The notes beneath the pieces are model-generated. The model did not search any database and was not told where the DNA came from. It saw only the letters and a list, made by a program, of their open reading frames with translations. A program made the position numbers and the translations under genes. From Octopus bimaculoides (Eukaryota), in the NCBI RefSeq assembly GCF_001194135.2, contig NC_069003.1:819801-883800 (forward strand): a stretch of 64,000 nucleotides of DNA. Reading direction: 5' to 3'. Of the stretch, positions 13,904-28,633 are shown in pieces (position 1 is the stretch's first letter; every line of letters starts with the position of its first letter).

Positions 13904-14699
13904 AATACAAACACGCAAACACACATACATGCACACACATGATAATATTTATACGTTTTGTTTTAGGTAGATACATTTCACTATAACTCGCTGAAGAGTT
14001 CTAATAAAACCAGAATATATCAAGAGAGGTCATTGAATCTGCCAGGAACCACCCTCGTTCACCTTCTGCATATTTCCATTAAACTGTGTGTTAATTGAAC
14101 CTTCGGGATTTCTTTACCCTCACCAATTTGAAAACATGTAGCATTAACGGTAATGACTCTTTTCCCCCATTGCATTTATAATTTAATTAATTCTTATTCA
14201 TTCTCTGTTCATGGCAATAAGTATAACAGAATTCTTGTAAATATATGACCTGGAGACATTCTGGGAAGAGTCTCATGCCATGATATATCTACATATATAT
14301 ACATTCAGGCATACGCACAAACAGACACACATGTGCAGGTATGTATATATGTTTCATTTCTACATAAGTTAGCGTGCATAAACATACGAAGATTCACAAC
14401 CCGCAAACACCACACACATACACACACAGCACACATAACACACACATACACAACCATTCTTTTATTCGCTTCCGCCATGCAGCTGCAATCAGGTTAGAGC
14501 ACCATATATACACACACACACACACAAACACATTTATACATACATATACATATATGCCGTATATACACAAATATATGTATATATATAAGTGTATTTATAT
14601 ATGTGTGTATATATATGTATATATCAGTATATGTATGTATATACAGTTTTCACTAAAAATATTTATACATACACACACACGGAGATAGGTATTTATATG

Positions 14700-14735
<36 letters not shown>

Positions 14736-16589
14736 TATATGTATTTACTCTACTCTTTAAGTAACTACAGCAATATTACGACTTTGCGATTTTATAATCT
14801 GAAATACAGACAGGAAGCTTCGAATGCATTATCTATTTCCGGTTACACTATCATTTTTGACTTAGTCATTTCTTTTTTTTTTTAGTATTTGTTTTACCAA
14901 CTATCCTATCGTGTACATTAGGTAGACATTACCCGCGGTAAATAGACTAGATCATTGCACATCTAATTTTTTTTAACGATATGTTTCAATTCATTTTAGA
15001 TAATTAAAAAAATATTTATCTCCCGTATATATATATTTTTTGCTATTTCCTATTATGTTCTTTGTTCTCAACTTGATTGTGTATCCCTGTGTATGTTGAT
15101 ATGTTTGTGTATGTATTTATGTCTCTCTTCGTGCTGAGAGTCAGTGCACTTGCAGCTTCGTTTGTTTGTTTTGTGTTTGGTTGTGTATATATTTATATTT
15201 GTCTATATACGGACGTGTTTGTGCTTGTTTCTATGTGTGTAGGATCGTGTGTATATGTATTTTGTGTCTACCTCGATATTTTTGTGAATACATCTTTATG
15301 CTTATGTTTGAGTAAATACGTATTGCGTCTATATATCTTTGTGTGTGTGTTTGTGTGCGTATGTGTGTACGTGTGTATGCCTGTCTAAATGGCTGGTTAC
15401 TGTAAGCACCTTTGAGTGTATTTCTAGCATGATATCAGTTATCTCTAATTACTAGCAACCCGAGGACATGTTCTTTATTTTATCCTCTGTCTGCACCACC
15501 TTAGACATATATTGTCCTTTTATCGTTATTTTCTCAAAACTAGACACACTGAAAAGTTAAAAATGGAGTTAACGATATCAGAGAGCAAAACAGCAACGAC
15601 ATCAAGAACAATAACAACTACAAAGAAATAAAATATCAGCAAAAACTGAAGGACATTGAGAGAAATTTAGAAGAGACGCATTGAGCAGAATGTAAAACAC
15701 CAAAACTGAATAAAAAGTAAAAGAAAAAAATATAATTGTATCGCGGACATTACTCTAGCGTAATCGGAAAGAAGGTTGCAGTAAATAATATAAGTAACTT
15801 GAGAGGTCCTTTGGTTGAAATCACTATAAAATCTTGTTGAAGTATTGTTTTACATTTGAGATTATAACTCGGCAGACCGTTTTTAGGCAACGTATACCGA
15901 TTTATCACTGAATAAACTAAATTAAGACAACATAATCTCGTATCAACTAATAGCCAACAGTTGAAGACCAACAACCCAGGCAATTGCCATCCTGTTCAGT
16001 TTTCACCAACTAAAATAACACAACACACAGCACATCCACTACGAAATCAACCACTGACAGGAACTTACTTCCTATCACTCACACAATAGAAAACACAATC
16101 CGAAGGCAACCAAATAACTCGACTTCCATTACGCATACACATACATAATAGACGATATAGACGAACTCGAAAACAATGCAATTGTGATGCATTCTACATA
16201 TATAATCCTGCACTCCAGAAAGGCTACGCGAGTTCATTGAAGAAGAAAGGTTGCACAACGAGTGCTAGGGAAGAAACATGTTTATATCTATTGAATATGA
16301 TACGGAACTAAGAAATGTGCCATTGACGATAATAATGATGGTAAACTGGCATGTTGTGAACAATAACAACAATAAGCATAGTTACAACAATGCCGATTGC
16401 ATTGACAACAACGGCAACATGTCTCCTTCTCTACGTAGTGAAGCAGCTACCTCCGAATGTAAGACAAAGAACACATATTGTAAATAATCCCTTTCCAATA
16501 TCCAACTTTTACAAACCTTATTGTATATTATTTCACAATATTGTAACGCAATCCACACAGCGCATGCTCTAACACAGATTTTACGATAA

Positions 16590-16725
16590 ACTGAGGAGAA
16601 TCGAATAAAGATTATTGACGGCCCTGAAGAATATTGACGTTTCTTTGCTTCATCTATCAGAGAATTTCTATCTGTGTATAAAGCTTTAAGATATACAGGT
16701 TTGAGAATTTGTCTAAAAAACATGA
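16590..16725 (+). mobile_element. Possible old RTE LINE fragment
   Basis: EENRIK...LSVYKAL...GLRICL resembles EIxxRI...KLxVYKA..LLYGxExW. Confidence 0.28.
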
Positions 16726-19326
16726 AAAATTAGTAAAAGTAGAAAATTAAAGAACAGAACAAGAGTGAGGTGGACAGAACCTTGTTTGGTTCCTGCTCAT
16801 GGTTTTTTTGCATACTCACGTTATATATTGAGAATAACGAAATCTGATGTCTTCTATATATGCTACAACCATTTTTTATGGAACCACCGAGCATTTACAA
16901 ACGAGGTTTTAATATAGTTTCTATCAGTAGTTACATGTGTAAGTTTGGTATAAAGAATGGTTTTAAATTTTATAATGCTTTCTAGTGTATTTGGTTTTAT
17001 GGTGTGATACATGACACACGGTATCTTACATTCAATCGTATATTAACAGGTCAGCAGAGAAGGAAACGTTTTGCGAATAGTGTTAATAGAATATGTGTTT
17101 ACAAAAGAATGATTTTTTTTTATTTTGAATTATCGACCTGGAAATAATAACATAGGCAGAGTGTCAGAATAATCGGTATTGATGTTAATTTAATTGTCAC
17201 AATTGTGCGAAATACTTATCAATAAAGATGCATTCATTTAATTTCCAGTGTAAATTTATATCATATAATACGCTTATATTGAAATGTTAAGTCAATAAAT
17301 ATAAAAACAATACTTAAACTATTTTAATTTTAAATTTTGTATAAATTTATAAATATGAATTCATATTAATTAACTCGAGTCAGATACTGTTTTAAGTAAA
17401 TGTTTTGTTCTATTTTCAAAATGTTAGTTAAATTTTTATCAAATACAACTGGAAATACCTCTCCATAGATTGTTGGTTAAACTTACGAGAAGTGAGCATG
17501 CCACAAAACATTGTTGCAATAAATACACCTTGAAGAACAGCAACAGGAATTTATTATAGAAATTACATAACCCCGCCCCAAAAGGAGACAGTGAAACGAA
17601 AGCTTTTTGTGATGTACCTTGGCTCTGAACTACGAAGAGCACCGCCCAGTCTGCTTCCTTTTAAAGTATGTAACCTTTTGATGATAGCCACACATCTTAT
17701 ACAGATAAGTCTTTACTGTTTATTTTTAAATATATTTCAAATCATCGAAAGTGTGAAGACAAACTTTTGTGAAACATAAACTGGCTCAAGAAAAATACTT
17801 AATGGCATCATATGAAACCTCATTTCTGATTACAAAATTTAAAACTACAATAATTGCGTTGCTTGTGGCACGTAGAGTCAAGAGACGACCTAAGCGGGTG
17901 GAATCAGAAAGCTTTGCACGGTGACATGATGTAGTATGTGATATAATAACAAAAATTAGCAAAAACCAATTCGTGCCACTAAAAGAAACATTTCGATTTA
18001 GAATCAGCTGGGTTACGAGAATCGATGGACACCATAAATGTGGCGTAATTTCTGCTACATGGAAGATATGTACATGAAAGCAGCGTGAAAGAGCAATTAC
18101 TGCTTTTTGTCACTCACTTGATTAATATACAACAGATGAAGCTGTTTCCTAAAAGGGGAATCACTTTTTTAAANNNNNNNNNNGAATTATTGTGTTGGAA
18201 TATATGTCAATGATGTAACAATAATAACCACAGAATATGTAAGAGTTCAAACTAAATTTCCATCTGCAACTGCTGCACATAAAACGTTCGCTTAGTGTAT
18301 GATGTGAGATGCAGTAATATTTAAAAGCAATTTCTTACTAACTAAATACGGTAACAAAAAAATGTCGTAAAAATTACGAGCTTCATTAAACGAGTCTTTG
18401 GGTAGTTCTTTATTTGGTAAATTTAAGTCAGGATTTGAAATCAGACTTCAGTAAAGATTTACTACATATAAAGATGCGACGGCTGTCAAATGAACAATCA
18501 GTGAGATGGTTTTAACAATGTAGAATATTCAATGTTGTTTTCACAGAAATTAATACGATATCTTCCAGAATTCGGTGATATTCAAATAAGGCACTTTTTA
18601 AATTTTTGTCCGATTTGTTCTTTACGAATTGTTTGTCGTTTTTATACTTTCTGGGTTATTTTTATTTATTATTGAATCTGTTCATTAATATTAGTGAAAT
18701 CGATTGGCACGATTGTCACGTCGCAATTCGTCTGACAAAATGAAAATAAAAATAAACGTGTCGAGTGAAGAAAGTTTAAGAAACAATGTGCTCAAGAATC
18801 TCTAATACAATAATCACAACGCACTTATGAATATATACATTTATATGAATATATATATGAATATATATATATACATTTACATAAATATATAAATATATAC
18901 CTTTATATAAATATATACATTTACCTTTATATAAATATATACATTTACAAATATATACCTTTATATAAATATATACATTTATATGAATATACATTGAAAT
19001 AGTGAAGTTGCGAATGAAATCCTACAACACAATTAGGAAAGTGTGACCTTCAAATACCTAATTAATACACAACTAGATCGAGATAATGAGCAAGACTGCG
19101 TGGCCGATTAGTAATTTAGTTAATGAATGCGCTACACCAATAAATGAACTGATACGCGATTGAGCAAAGACGCTGTTGTTTGTTGCTCTTTTACAGGTCA
19201 TTCTCGTACTTTCACTCTTTCTTTCTCTCTAACTCTCTCTAATTCCCCTTCCCTCTGCCTCATTGTCCTCTTACTCATTCTTCGCCCTCTCGCTGTCTCT
19301 CTCTCTCGCTCTCTCATCTCTTCTAC

Positions 19327-19396
<70 letters not shown>

Positions 19397-19409
19397 ACCT
19401 GTCTAGCTG

Positions 19410-19450
<41 letters not shown>

Positions 19451-19451
<1 letters not shown>

Positions 19452-19727
19452 CTCTTTTACTTGTTTCAGTCATTTGACTGCGGCCATGCTGGAGCACCGC
19501 CTTTAGTCGAGCAAATCGACACCAGAACTTATTCTTTGTAAGCCTAGTACTTATTCTATCGGTCTCTTTTGCCGAACCGCTAAGTTACGGGGACGTAAAC
19601 ACACCACCATCGGTTGTCAAGCGATGGTAGGGGACAAACACAGACACAGAAACACACACACACATACACACACACACATATATATATACATATATACGAC
19701 GGGCTTCCTTCAGTTTCCGTCTACCAA
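19451..19727 (-). mobile_element. SINE family B (octopus-type, with internal CA/TA microsatellite); young copy truncated by a gap
   Basis: Sequence tcttttacttgtttcagtcatttgactgcggccatgctggagcaccgcc...gccgaaccgctaagttacggggacgtaaac...gacgggcttccttcagtttccgtctaccaa. Homologous segments recur at 21.8, 36.2, 42.0 and 51.6 kb. Confidence 0.88.
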
Positions 19728-19737
19728 NNNNNNNNNN

Positions 19738-19782
<45 letters not shown>

Positions 19783-21759
19783 GATAATCAATCCTGTGTG
19801 GTGCACTTTGAGACATTATTTTACATATATTATAATCAATGTGTACATATGTTTAATGTCCTATCTGAAGTCAGGCTTTGCTGCCTTTTTTTACTATTTT
19901 CATTTACCCATGAACAAAGCAATCATCTGCCTGTTTTGCCATCGTATATATCAGTAATCTAACATCACCACTCCAGTAAACCTCGGCTCTAATTATATTA
20001 TCACACCAAATATTGATTATAATTACTCTATGGTCATTCAGTTCTACGTTAAAAAATTGATTTCTTTCCAAATAATGTGAGATATTATCTCAGATATTAT
20101 TGTTATAACGCGCATATCCGTCAGTGGATTGTAAATTATTTTTTAATGTTATATTTTGCTATCAGATTACTTTTTGAAGCTGTTACAAGCGATAAGCAGC
20201 ATTAGTGGCTTCTGGAATTTATGAATTCTTTCGTCACTTCTTGATATTTATCCGCCATTTTATTTAAAGTTATTAGTTGTCTCACGAAAGCCTTTTATAT
20301 TTTTTTTCTCCTTTTCCGTTGATGAAGGAATAGCGCTAGTCTTTTCGATTCATGTTCATACCAGAAACACACTCAGTGTGTTAATCTATGTGTATTAATA
20401 ATCTCAGTGTGTTAATATTTAATCCATGCATAATATATTTATTTTAATATATTTATACAGTATTGTTTTTATTGTGGATTATCCTTTCATCATATTTTAT
20501 TAAAATCAAACATATAATTGGATTTAATATTAATTTTTCGTATACTCATCAAATTCCAAGCAAAAATGATTTGGATGGAAAAATATTTTCGAAATACTTG
20601 TAGCATATATCTGCTACACACACATGTGCGTGCTCACATATCTTTATATATCTACATATATACATGTATACCTATATGTATATATGTAGATATATATATN
20701 NNNNNNNNNNNNNNNNNNNNNNNNNNNNNNNNNNNNNNNNNNNNNNNNNNNNNNNNNNTATATATATATATACACTTACATATAAGAGACCAAAGCATAC
20801 GTACGCAATACATACACACACACACACACAATATCACAATAAACACGCGCTGAACTGGAGCAAATAAACGAAAAAGATTCACGAAATGTGTGTGTGTGTA
20901 TTGTATGAAGTTATATAAATCCCATCAAATTCGTTAAAAATGGAGGAAACAAGTTATCAAAATTTATAAGAAGTTTAATTCTTGCAAACGATCGTTTCGT
21001 ACAAAGATATAATCATAGAAATTCATGATTCAATTCAATTAAATAAATGCCAACGTACTCTTCAGTCCAGGAAGGAAAGAAACCATAATACAAAGAGCTT
21101 AAAAAAGAACAGAGCAGAAAACATTGCATCTAGGATAGTCATATAGGTATCCGTGTGAGGAAAGAGATGGGAGTCATGTCGGATAGTGAACCATTGCTTT
21201 CAAAGTTCACATTATGTTAAGTTATGCTATTTTGAACAGTTTAAGCAGTGCTTTATAAGCAAAGAGTACACCGCTGCATAAATTATAAAAAGCCGAGATC
21301 ATTACATGTCATTCTATTATTTCAGCTGAGTATTAATTTTGTTCATCGTCATTGAATTGTCTGCTGAAAATTCTTTGCACGAAATATGTTTGCGATCTTT
21401 GGAAGATATTAAGATATTATTAATATATAGCAGCACAGAGACACGCACACATATTCATACGTACGTACGTACATACATACATACATACATACAAATAATT
21501 ATGCATAGCTGTGTAGTTGTGCTTATTTATGTGTATGTATGCGTTTGTGTAAGTGTGTGTGTTTAATTATGTGTGTATGTGTGAGCGTTTCTGTTGATCC
21601 ATATAAATGTATACATATATACATAACTGAAAGCACACACACACACACACACGCACGCGCACACACACACATGTGTATTCGTGTATTTATATGTGTCAAT
21701 ATAAAGGTTCTGCAGTAAAAGTGTCTTTCTTTGATCTGTTGATATGAACTGGTTGGGAA

Positions 21760-22195
21760 GTAATAAATTTGCTTCCCAACCACATGGTTCTCGGTTCAGT
21801 CCTGCTGCGTGCAACCGTGGGTAAGTGTTTCTGCTATAGCTATGGACGTACCAAAGTCATATTAGTGGATTTCGTAGACGGAAATGGAAAGAAACCCGTC
21901 GCAAATACAAACATGTGTGTGTTTGTTATCGCGCGCGTGTGTGTATGAGAGAGAGAGAAGGAGGAAAAGGGAGAGTGAGTGTTTGTATCTTTGTGCTTGT
22001 GTTTCTCCCTCATCATCGCTTGACAACTCGTTACGCAGCGGTTCGGCAGAACACACCGATATATTAAGTACCAGGTTTTACAAGAACTAAGTACTGGTGT
22101 CGCTTCGTTTTTCATTAGAAAAAAAAAGAAAATTCTTCAAGGTGGTGGCCCAGGATGGCCAGCACCTAACGACTGACGCAAATAAAAGTTAAAAG
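21760..22195 (+). mobile_element. SINE family B, near full-length diverged copy
   Basis: Head ccaaccacatggttctcggttcagtcc (B-box-like), central ggatttcgtagacggaaatggaaagaaacccgtc, internal TG/GA repeat, and tail gcggttcggc...caggatggcc...aaataaaag. A second tail fragment follows at about 22245-22370. Confidence 0.72.
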
Positions 22196-22740
22196 ATAAC
22201 AGAACAATAATCTATAATCTATATTTGTATCTGCCTACTTAAGTCTATAGGCGAAGAGAAACGATAGAATAAGCCTCTATAAAAAGTTACCGGACCAGTT
22301 TGCATCGAATAAATCCGTTACAGTGTTACCCCAGCATGGCCACTGTTCTATGACTAGAAAAATAAAAGAGAAGCCATAGCTATATACATACATACACACA
22401 TACATACATACATATATAGATATATATAAATATATATATATTATATATATATATATATATNNNNNNNNNNNNNNNNNNNNNNNNNNNNNNNNNNNNNNNN
22501 NNNNNNNNNNNNNNNNNNNNNNNNNNNNNNNNNNNNNNNNNNNNNNNNNNNNNNNNNNNNNNNNNNNNNNNNNNNNNNNNNNNNNNNNNNNNNNNNNNNN
22601 NNNNNNNNNNNNNNNNNNNNNNNNNNNNNNNNNNNNNNNNNNNNNNNNNNNNNNNNNNNNNNNNNNNNNNNNNNNNNNNNNNNNNNNNNNNNNNNNNNNN
22701 NNNNNNNNNNNNNNNNNNNNNNNNNNNNNNNNNNNNNNNN

Positions 22741-22775
<35 letters not shown>

Positions 22776-22779
22776 CCAT

Positions 22780-23040
22780 ATATGGGTTTCCTTGGCCTAA
22801 TGTTCTTAATTGATGCAGCTGATGTATATGACGATCAAAACCTTCTCATTTTAACTCTTCTGTCTTGGCTTCGACCACACCGTTCCCTAAACTAAGTTCC
22901 AACGAGTACCTGATCCCTACCCCCACCTCAGATCTATTGAATTCGAGAGATATTATGCTGCTATGTCTAGCTGTCCGCCCAAGTACTCAGTGCCTTCTTC
23001 AACGTGATGTTTACGGGTCACCATGACCCAGACGAACTGA
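22780..23040 (-). mobile_element. Decayed RTE LINE fragment (RT C-terminal region)
   Basis: Minus strand reads VEEGTEYLGG...SEVG..I...TVWS...KVLIVIYISCI...KET, collinear with RTE VExFxYLGS...EIxxRI...VW...KxxVYxACV...YGxETW. Confidence 0.42.
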
Positions 23041-24099
23041 GTAATGTTTCAACGAAGGATGCACTTCACCTTGTGTTTGTCGGTTTTTCACGATCAAAAG
23101 AGAAGAAAAACAAAAAGAAGAATTCACAAACACCGAGAGCTTCTCGATTTAATTCTATATCCTACGGAATACTAACGTAAGTGATACGTCTTTTAGTGCA
23201 GCCATCTTAACCAACCAACCAACCAACCAACCAAACGACCAACCGACCAACCGACCAACCACCATTTCAGGAAACACTGTCGCCGCCGCCGCCGCCGCCA
23301 CTGCCAGGAACATCTCTTACATTATCATCCTTCACCTACAGCCAAAAACATCATCATCATCATCATCACAACCACCAACAACACGCACCTGCAGCATCAA
23401 TATATTCTCTTTACCGTCATCCATCATGCTGTCATCATCAAAATCGTCATTGGCATCGGTGTCGTTGTCATCATCGGCATTGACATCATATGATCGTCAT
23501 CATCATCATCATCATAGTCAACGCCCTCACAATCATCTTCTTCCACTCCTTTCTCAACCGCTTCCTCCTCCCTCTCCTCCTTCCCCCTCTTTTTCCTGTC
23601 ATCGTCATCATTGTCGTCAGCCTCTTTCCTATCATCACGATCGTCATCGCGTTTATCGTCATCGTCGTCATCGTTGTTCTCGTCGTCGCATCACAACCAA
23701 AAAACAAATAAAGAAGACACGGAATGGAAAATTGGTAACAAAATACATTCCATGGAAAGCCATATCAAAGAATTATCAGAGAATATCTATAAAACATGGT
23801 CTGAGCAATTGGTTTGCTTATTTCTTCCAATTATATTCATTATCTGTATCTGTTTTAGTAAACATCTTTTTTTTTTATAATTGTTGTATTAAATTGTTTT
23901 TTTTTTAACCTGGGAATGATTTGATGTTTTCTTAATGAGTCATGTGACTTCGCCGATCACCAGAAGAATACTGTGTTGAATCAGACACACACACACTACT
24001 GCATATCCACTGCATATCCACTGCATATCCACTGGGTAAGCTTTGTGCGTGCTCTGATAAGGTGTATAATATATATATATATATATATGTGATATGCCG

Positions 24100-24136
<37 letters not shown>

Positions 24137-24189
24137 GTGTGTGTGTGAGTGTGTGTGTGTGTGTGTGTGTGCTTTGTAAAGATAGTCGT

Positions 24190-24440
24190 TACCTGTAAGG
24201 CAGTAGGAAGCATTTCGGAGGCTTTGCCAGGCCTCTCCCTCCTTTTATTTCACTAGTTATTTTCTCACAATCCCAACGTGCGTTAAAGATACCAATCAAG
24301 GTTACCACGAGTAGAAACGAACAGGATGTTCGTAATAATTTTTCTAAACACAAAAATAAACCCTGGCTACGCTGCACCTTTTGGAACATAAAGCGTGGCT
24401 GTCCTCAAAGTATTTCATTTGTGGCTACTCTCATGTAGAG
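24190..24440 (-). mobile_element. Possible R4/Dong-like LINE fragment
   Basis: EKLLRT...FNARWDCEKITSEIKGGRGL resembles RKLLT...H..SDxDRLYxxRxxGGRGL. Confidence 0.35.
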
Positions 24441-26330
24441 CCACCGAACTGCAGATCGAGTTTTAGAAAATCTTTCAATCTTAACCAACTTAAAAGTGCA
24501 TACACTTCGCTGTGTTGGAGAAAGATCGGGTTTTGGTGGATAGTTTGCCATCACTGACAGCAACCAGAATTAAATATAATGGCGTGAGATCGTTCAGTAA
24601 ATGAACTTACTTAAAAGACGATACGACGTCTGGTCTATATACGCATCCAAGACCACCAACAGTTGTGTAACTGATCTGTGTAAAGTTCCTCTTATAGGAT
24701 TAAAGTTCAAACTCTCCGAGGTCGACTTTTATCTCTCTGGAATCGTTTAAAGAAAATAGAAGCATTGAAGTATTGTGTTTATGGAATCGATTAACTTCCG
24801 TTGAAAAAATGTTGCTGCTAAAATTAGAAACAAATGCATGTTATTTGTTTAAAGAATGAAGCGACCCCAGTACTTTGTACTGATAATCTGCAGCATGGTA
24901 AGAGTGTCTAATAAAGTGACATGTGCCATTTCTTCTGGTTCTTTACTGTCTGGAGTCATGTCTCGCCGTGGTCAACTTTACTTTTCCTCTCTCTGAATTT
25001 GCATCTATGGTCTCAACTAACTGACTGTACTCAAATTTCCTGCCTTTGTGCCCAGATCAGAAACTATTACTATTTTTTTGTTCTTGCGGCTGTTTTCGTT
25101 GAGAATAATCATGTTTCTTACAAATTCGTTAGAAGATATTTCCATACTTTATTTCAAAGATTTTGGCTATCTGTTTCATTACCTTGGATTCAAAAAGGTT
25201 CTTTACGACAGAAATCTTTGCAAACATTCATTTAGCCATGTTTAGTTGGGATTAAATATGGTGTCATGTGAAGTAACGTGAGGAAGGCTTAACCATACTT
25301 GTGGTAGAAACGAATACGCCTCTCAGGCTTTTGGAATTTTTGAAAGCATAAAAGTAGTTCTAATTTGATAAGCGGAAAACATTGAAAATTTAACAGACAG
25401 TTTAAACATCGTCACAAATTGACAAGCGTATTTGAAAATAGTTTTTTTAGCTTTAAGAGATTAATCACCAACGTCACAAGTAACAAAGATTATTAAAAGC
25501 AAAAACATTTGTGGAAATACAATTGACTTTTTCTATTCATGATGGCTGTTAAAATGTGACAGATAAATCAAATCTGATAAAGAGAATATAAACACACATT
25601 AATACGTATATGTATGTATATTATTTATAAACGTGTGTGCATGCATATATATATATATATATCTATNNNNNNNNNNNNNNNNNNNNNNNNNNNNNNNNNN
25701 NNNNNNNNNNNNNNNNNNNNNNNNNNNNNNNNNNNNNNNNNNNNNNNNNNNNNNNNNNNNNNNNNNNNNNNNNNNNNNATATATATATATATATATATAT
25801 AATGTTGATATCATAAACTTACGAGAGAATGTGAAATAATTTATTTTGGGAATTGTGTATTTCGAAGTAGTACCACATAAAGCTATAAACGATATCACAT
25901 AAATATTGGCTTCAAAAGTTTTTGGGGGATAGAAAATGTTGAGGGATCTCCGTGTAATTCTTCCTGTTCAAAAAGGCTTTCTTGAACACAATGTTTATCT
26001 GCTAATGTCTTAAGCTTTATGTGTGTGCTTCGAGATATGTTATTCTCAAAAAAATAATCTTTTCACATTTTCTCGAAAATAATCAAACACACGTTTATAT
26101 ATGTGTCTGTGTGTGCGTGTGTGTATGTATATACAAAAACATATACAAAAGACACACAGAACACATAAATCTATAACGTTGCATACACGCGTCTGTCTAA
26201 TACAGTAAATCTTCATTCGTCTACGTTCGTTGCTCTATGAAAAAAAAAAAGAGAAATTTTATACAATTCAGATATGGTGTCTGAGTGAAAACATGGAGTG
26301 TACTTTTAGAGATTTCTAGAATTTTTTTTT

Positions 26331-26531
26331 ATTCTAGGCACAAGGTCCGCAATTTTTGGGGAGGGGGCCAGTCGATTAGATCACCCCAGTACGCAACTGG
26401 TACTTAATTAATCAACCTCGAAAGGATGAACGGCAAAGTCGGCGGAATTTGAACTCAGAACGTAGTGGCAGACGAAATACCGCTCAGCATTTCGCCCGGT
26501 GTGCTAACGTTTCTGCCAGCTCGCCGCCTTA
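26331..26531 (-). mobile_element. SINE family A (tRNA-derived, octopus-type)
   Basis: Minus strand starts aaggcggcgagctggcagaaacgttagcac (A-box-like), contains gagttcaaattcc (B-box), and ends ccttgtgcctagaat. High similarity to copies at 31.5, 33.2 and 44.6 kb. Confidence 0.9.
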
Positions 26532-26939
26532 GACAGAGTTCTAAAATGTAGATTCACTGAAACCCAGAATAATTTTGTATATGTATATAGCGGTTCATCG
26601 TTTACACGGGAGACAATTTCCGCAACTGATCCAATCAATTAAAATGGTCTGAACGAAGGGGCCTGGCATAATCTTAAGAATGTCGAAAAACGTCCCTGAG
26701 CTGCGTCTTCTAGCTTCTTATGTGTTGAGCTGTTATTCAACGGAAGTCAAGTAGTTGGCTCCTCATTTGTTCGGAGCCCATGAACAAAGCATTACTTAAG
26801 TCTCAGAGTCAACAGCCACGACCAACTCCTTTCCCCAAAATTACTGACTTTCTACCAAAATCCAGAACAATATTATAAAGACACAGAAAGAAAATTTAAT
26901 GAATTATTAAAATGGAAATAAGGCTACAATTATTTTGTG

Positions 26940-26978
<39 letters not shown>

Positions 26979-27019
26979 CGTTTACTTCTCTTTCTCCTTC
27001 TTTTTACGTTATATGACAT

Positions 27020-27300
27020 TTTTCCAATTAATGTAGAATTTCGTATGCTGCTCTACAATGGTCTTTTTATTTTACTTCGAAATTCTCAAAGTTTTATATT
27101 AGTTGCATTCGTAATGAATTGAATTGCCAACTTTCTGGCCATTTGTAGCCCATCTTTTACCATTTTCGCAGTAATCAGTGAATCAGTTTTACCAACAGAC
27201 TTGCTTTCATCATTAGGAATTCAACTCCTGAAGAAATTCCTGAAGTCCTTCGACAACTCAACCACCTAATCTTTTACGTCTTATTTAATGACCAATGTAA
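27020..27300 (-). mobile_element. Possible decayed RTE-type RT fragment
   Basis: KSVGKTDSLITAKMVKDG...STLIGKM resembles KAPGxDxITAEMLKxG...SLLSxxGK. Confidence 0.33.
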
Positions 27301-28602
27301 ATTATGTTTGCGTTGTCATTTCTCTTTGAATCAGCATCACTACCATTCTGAACTAATTCGGGCAAAATGAGCTTCCAGCATGTATTCTAGAGGTTTCCTC
27401 TTCATTTCACGAATTGTAATTGTGGTTATCTTTCTATTATAAAGAATAATTTATTTACAGACTTCGAAACTGCAGGCTAGTTTTCTTCTAAACCAGGCAA
27501 TATTCTTATATCAATGTTTAGAATCTTTTGACTAAAAGTTACAAATGATGTCTTGGTTTACTCATTGCAAGCATAAAACATGTTTGTAAGAACAGAACAC
27601 ACGTGAAAATCCTCAAGCACGAAACGATGTGATTGAACATTATTAATTATGAAGATTGTAGTCAGTATTAATTACATTCAATAAATTTCAGTTCTTGGAG
27701 CAAAGTTTTGACAAAACCAAATATCTAACATTATAACAGTAATCCATGTTTTATTTCCTCGCCAACAAATAGGGAAGTCGTTTTTAATCAAACTACCAAT
27801 GATGCATACATTAAGATGTTTGTGTTATTTATATATCTATAACCTACAGCTTTTAAACCTTTGCTAACTGAAATTAATGTAGCTAAGGTAACATGTTCCT
27901 AGTTTTGCCAAATTTATATTATTTAGACTAGGCAAGTTACTGGCCACTATATACATACATACATGCATACATGCATACATACACACATATATATATATAT
28001 AGTTATATTACAGGAAGGTATACACACACGAGCGCGTGCCCATGCACGCACGAACATGCAATTACGGTTTTTGGATTAAATTTGACGATATTTTATCTTT
28101 CCTTTTTCAGGAAACACCTTGATGTACTGGTGAAAGTCGACGGCGTTGGAGAGCATAAGCATTAAAGCTGTAGATGTGAAAAAAGTTAGCAGTTGTGGAC
28201 AAGTGGAAGCTATTTGGACGTTGGAAAAGTGTTGCCTGTATTATGGTGATTGGCGTCGGGTATCTAAATTGTCACACTTACGGGTGGTACTTAATGACCT
28301 GCGAACAGTAGAAATGCTGTAAAACGTGTCATTAAAAAAATGTTTTACCAGTCGTCTAGTTTTATATATGTATATATATATGTTTGTGTGTGTGTGTGTG
28401 TGTGTGAGTGTGTGTTAGTGTGTGTTTGTGTGTACATATATATTTAAATACAAAGGGATACAGATTTACATACAATCACATACTCCCACACATACGTATA
28501 TAGCGAAATAGTGAACATATGTAAAGTATATATGAAACGCATTTACACATTCATCCGCTCAATCCATATATCTATGTAAATATGATAGCTTTTACAAGTA
28601 TA

Positions 28603-28633
<31 letters not shown>

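Noticed and set aside
22971-23176. 206-nt plus-strand open frame bounded by AG and GTAAGT, faintly BTB-like
   Set aside because: BTB similarity is not convincing, the opposite strand overlaps a collinear RTE remnant, and GTAAGT is frequent by chance in this composition.
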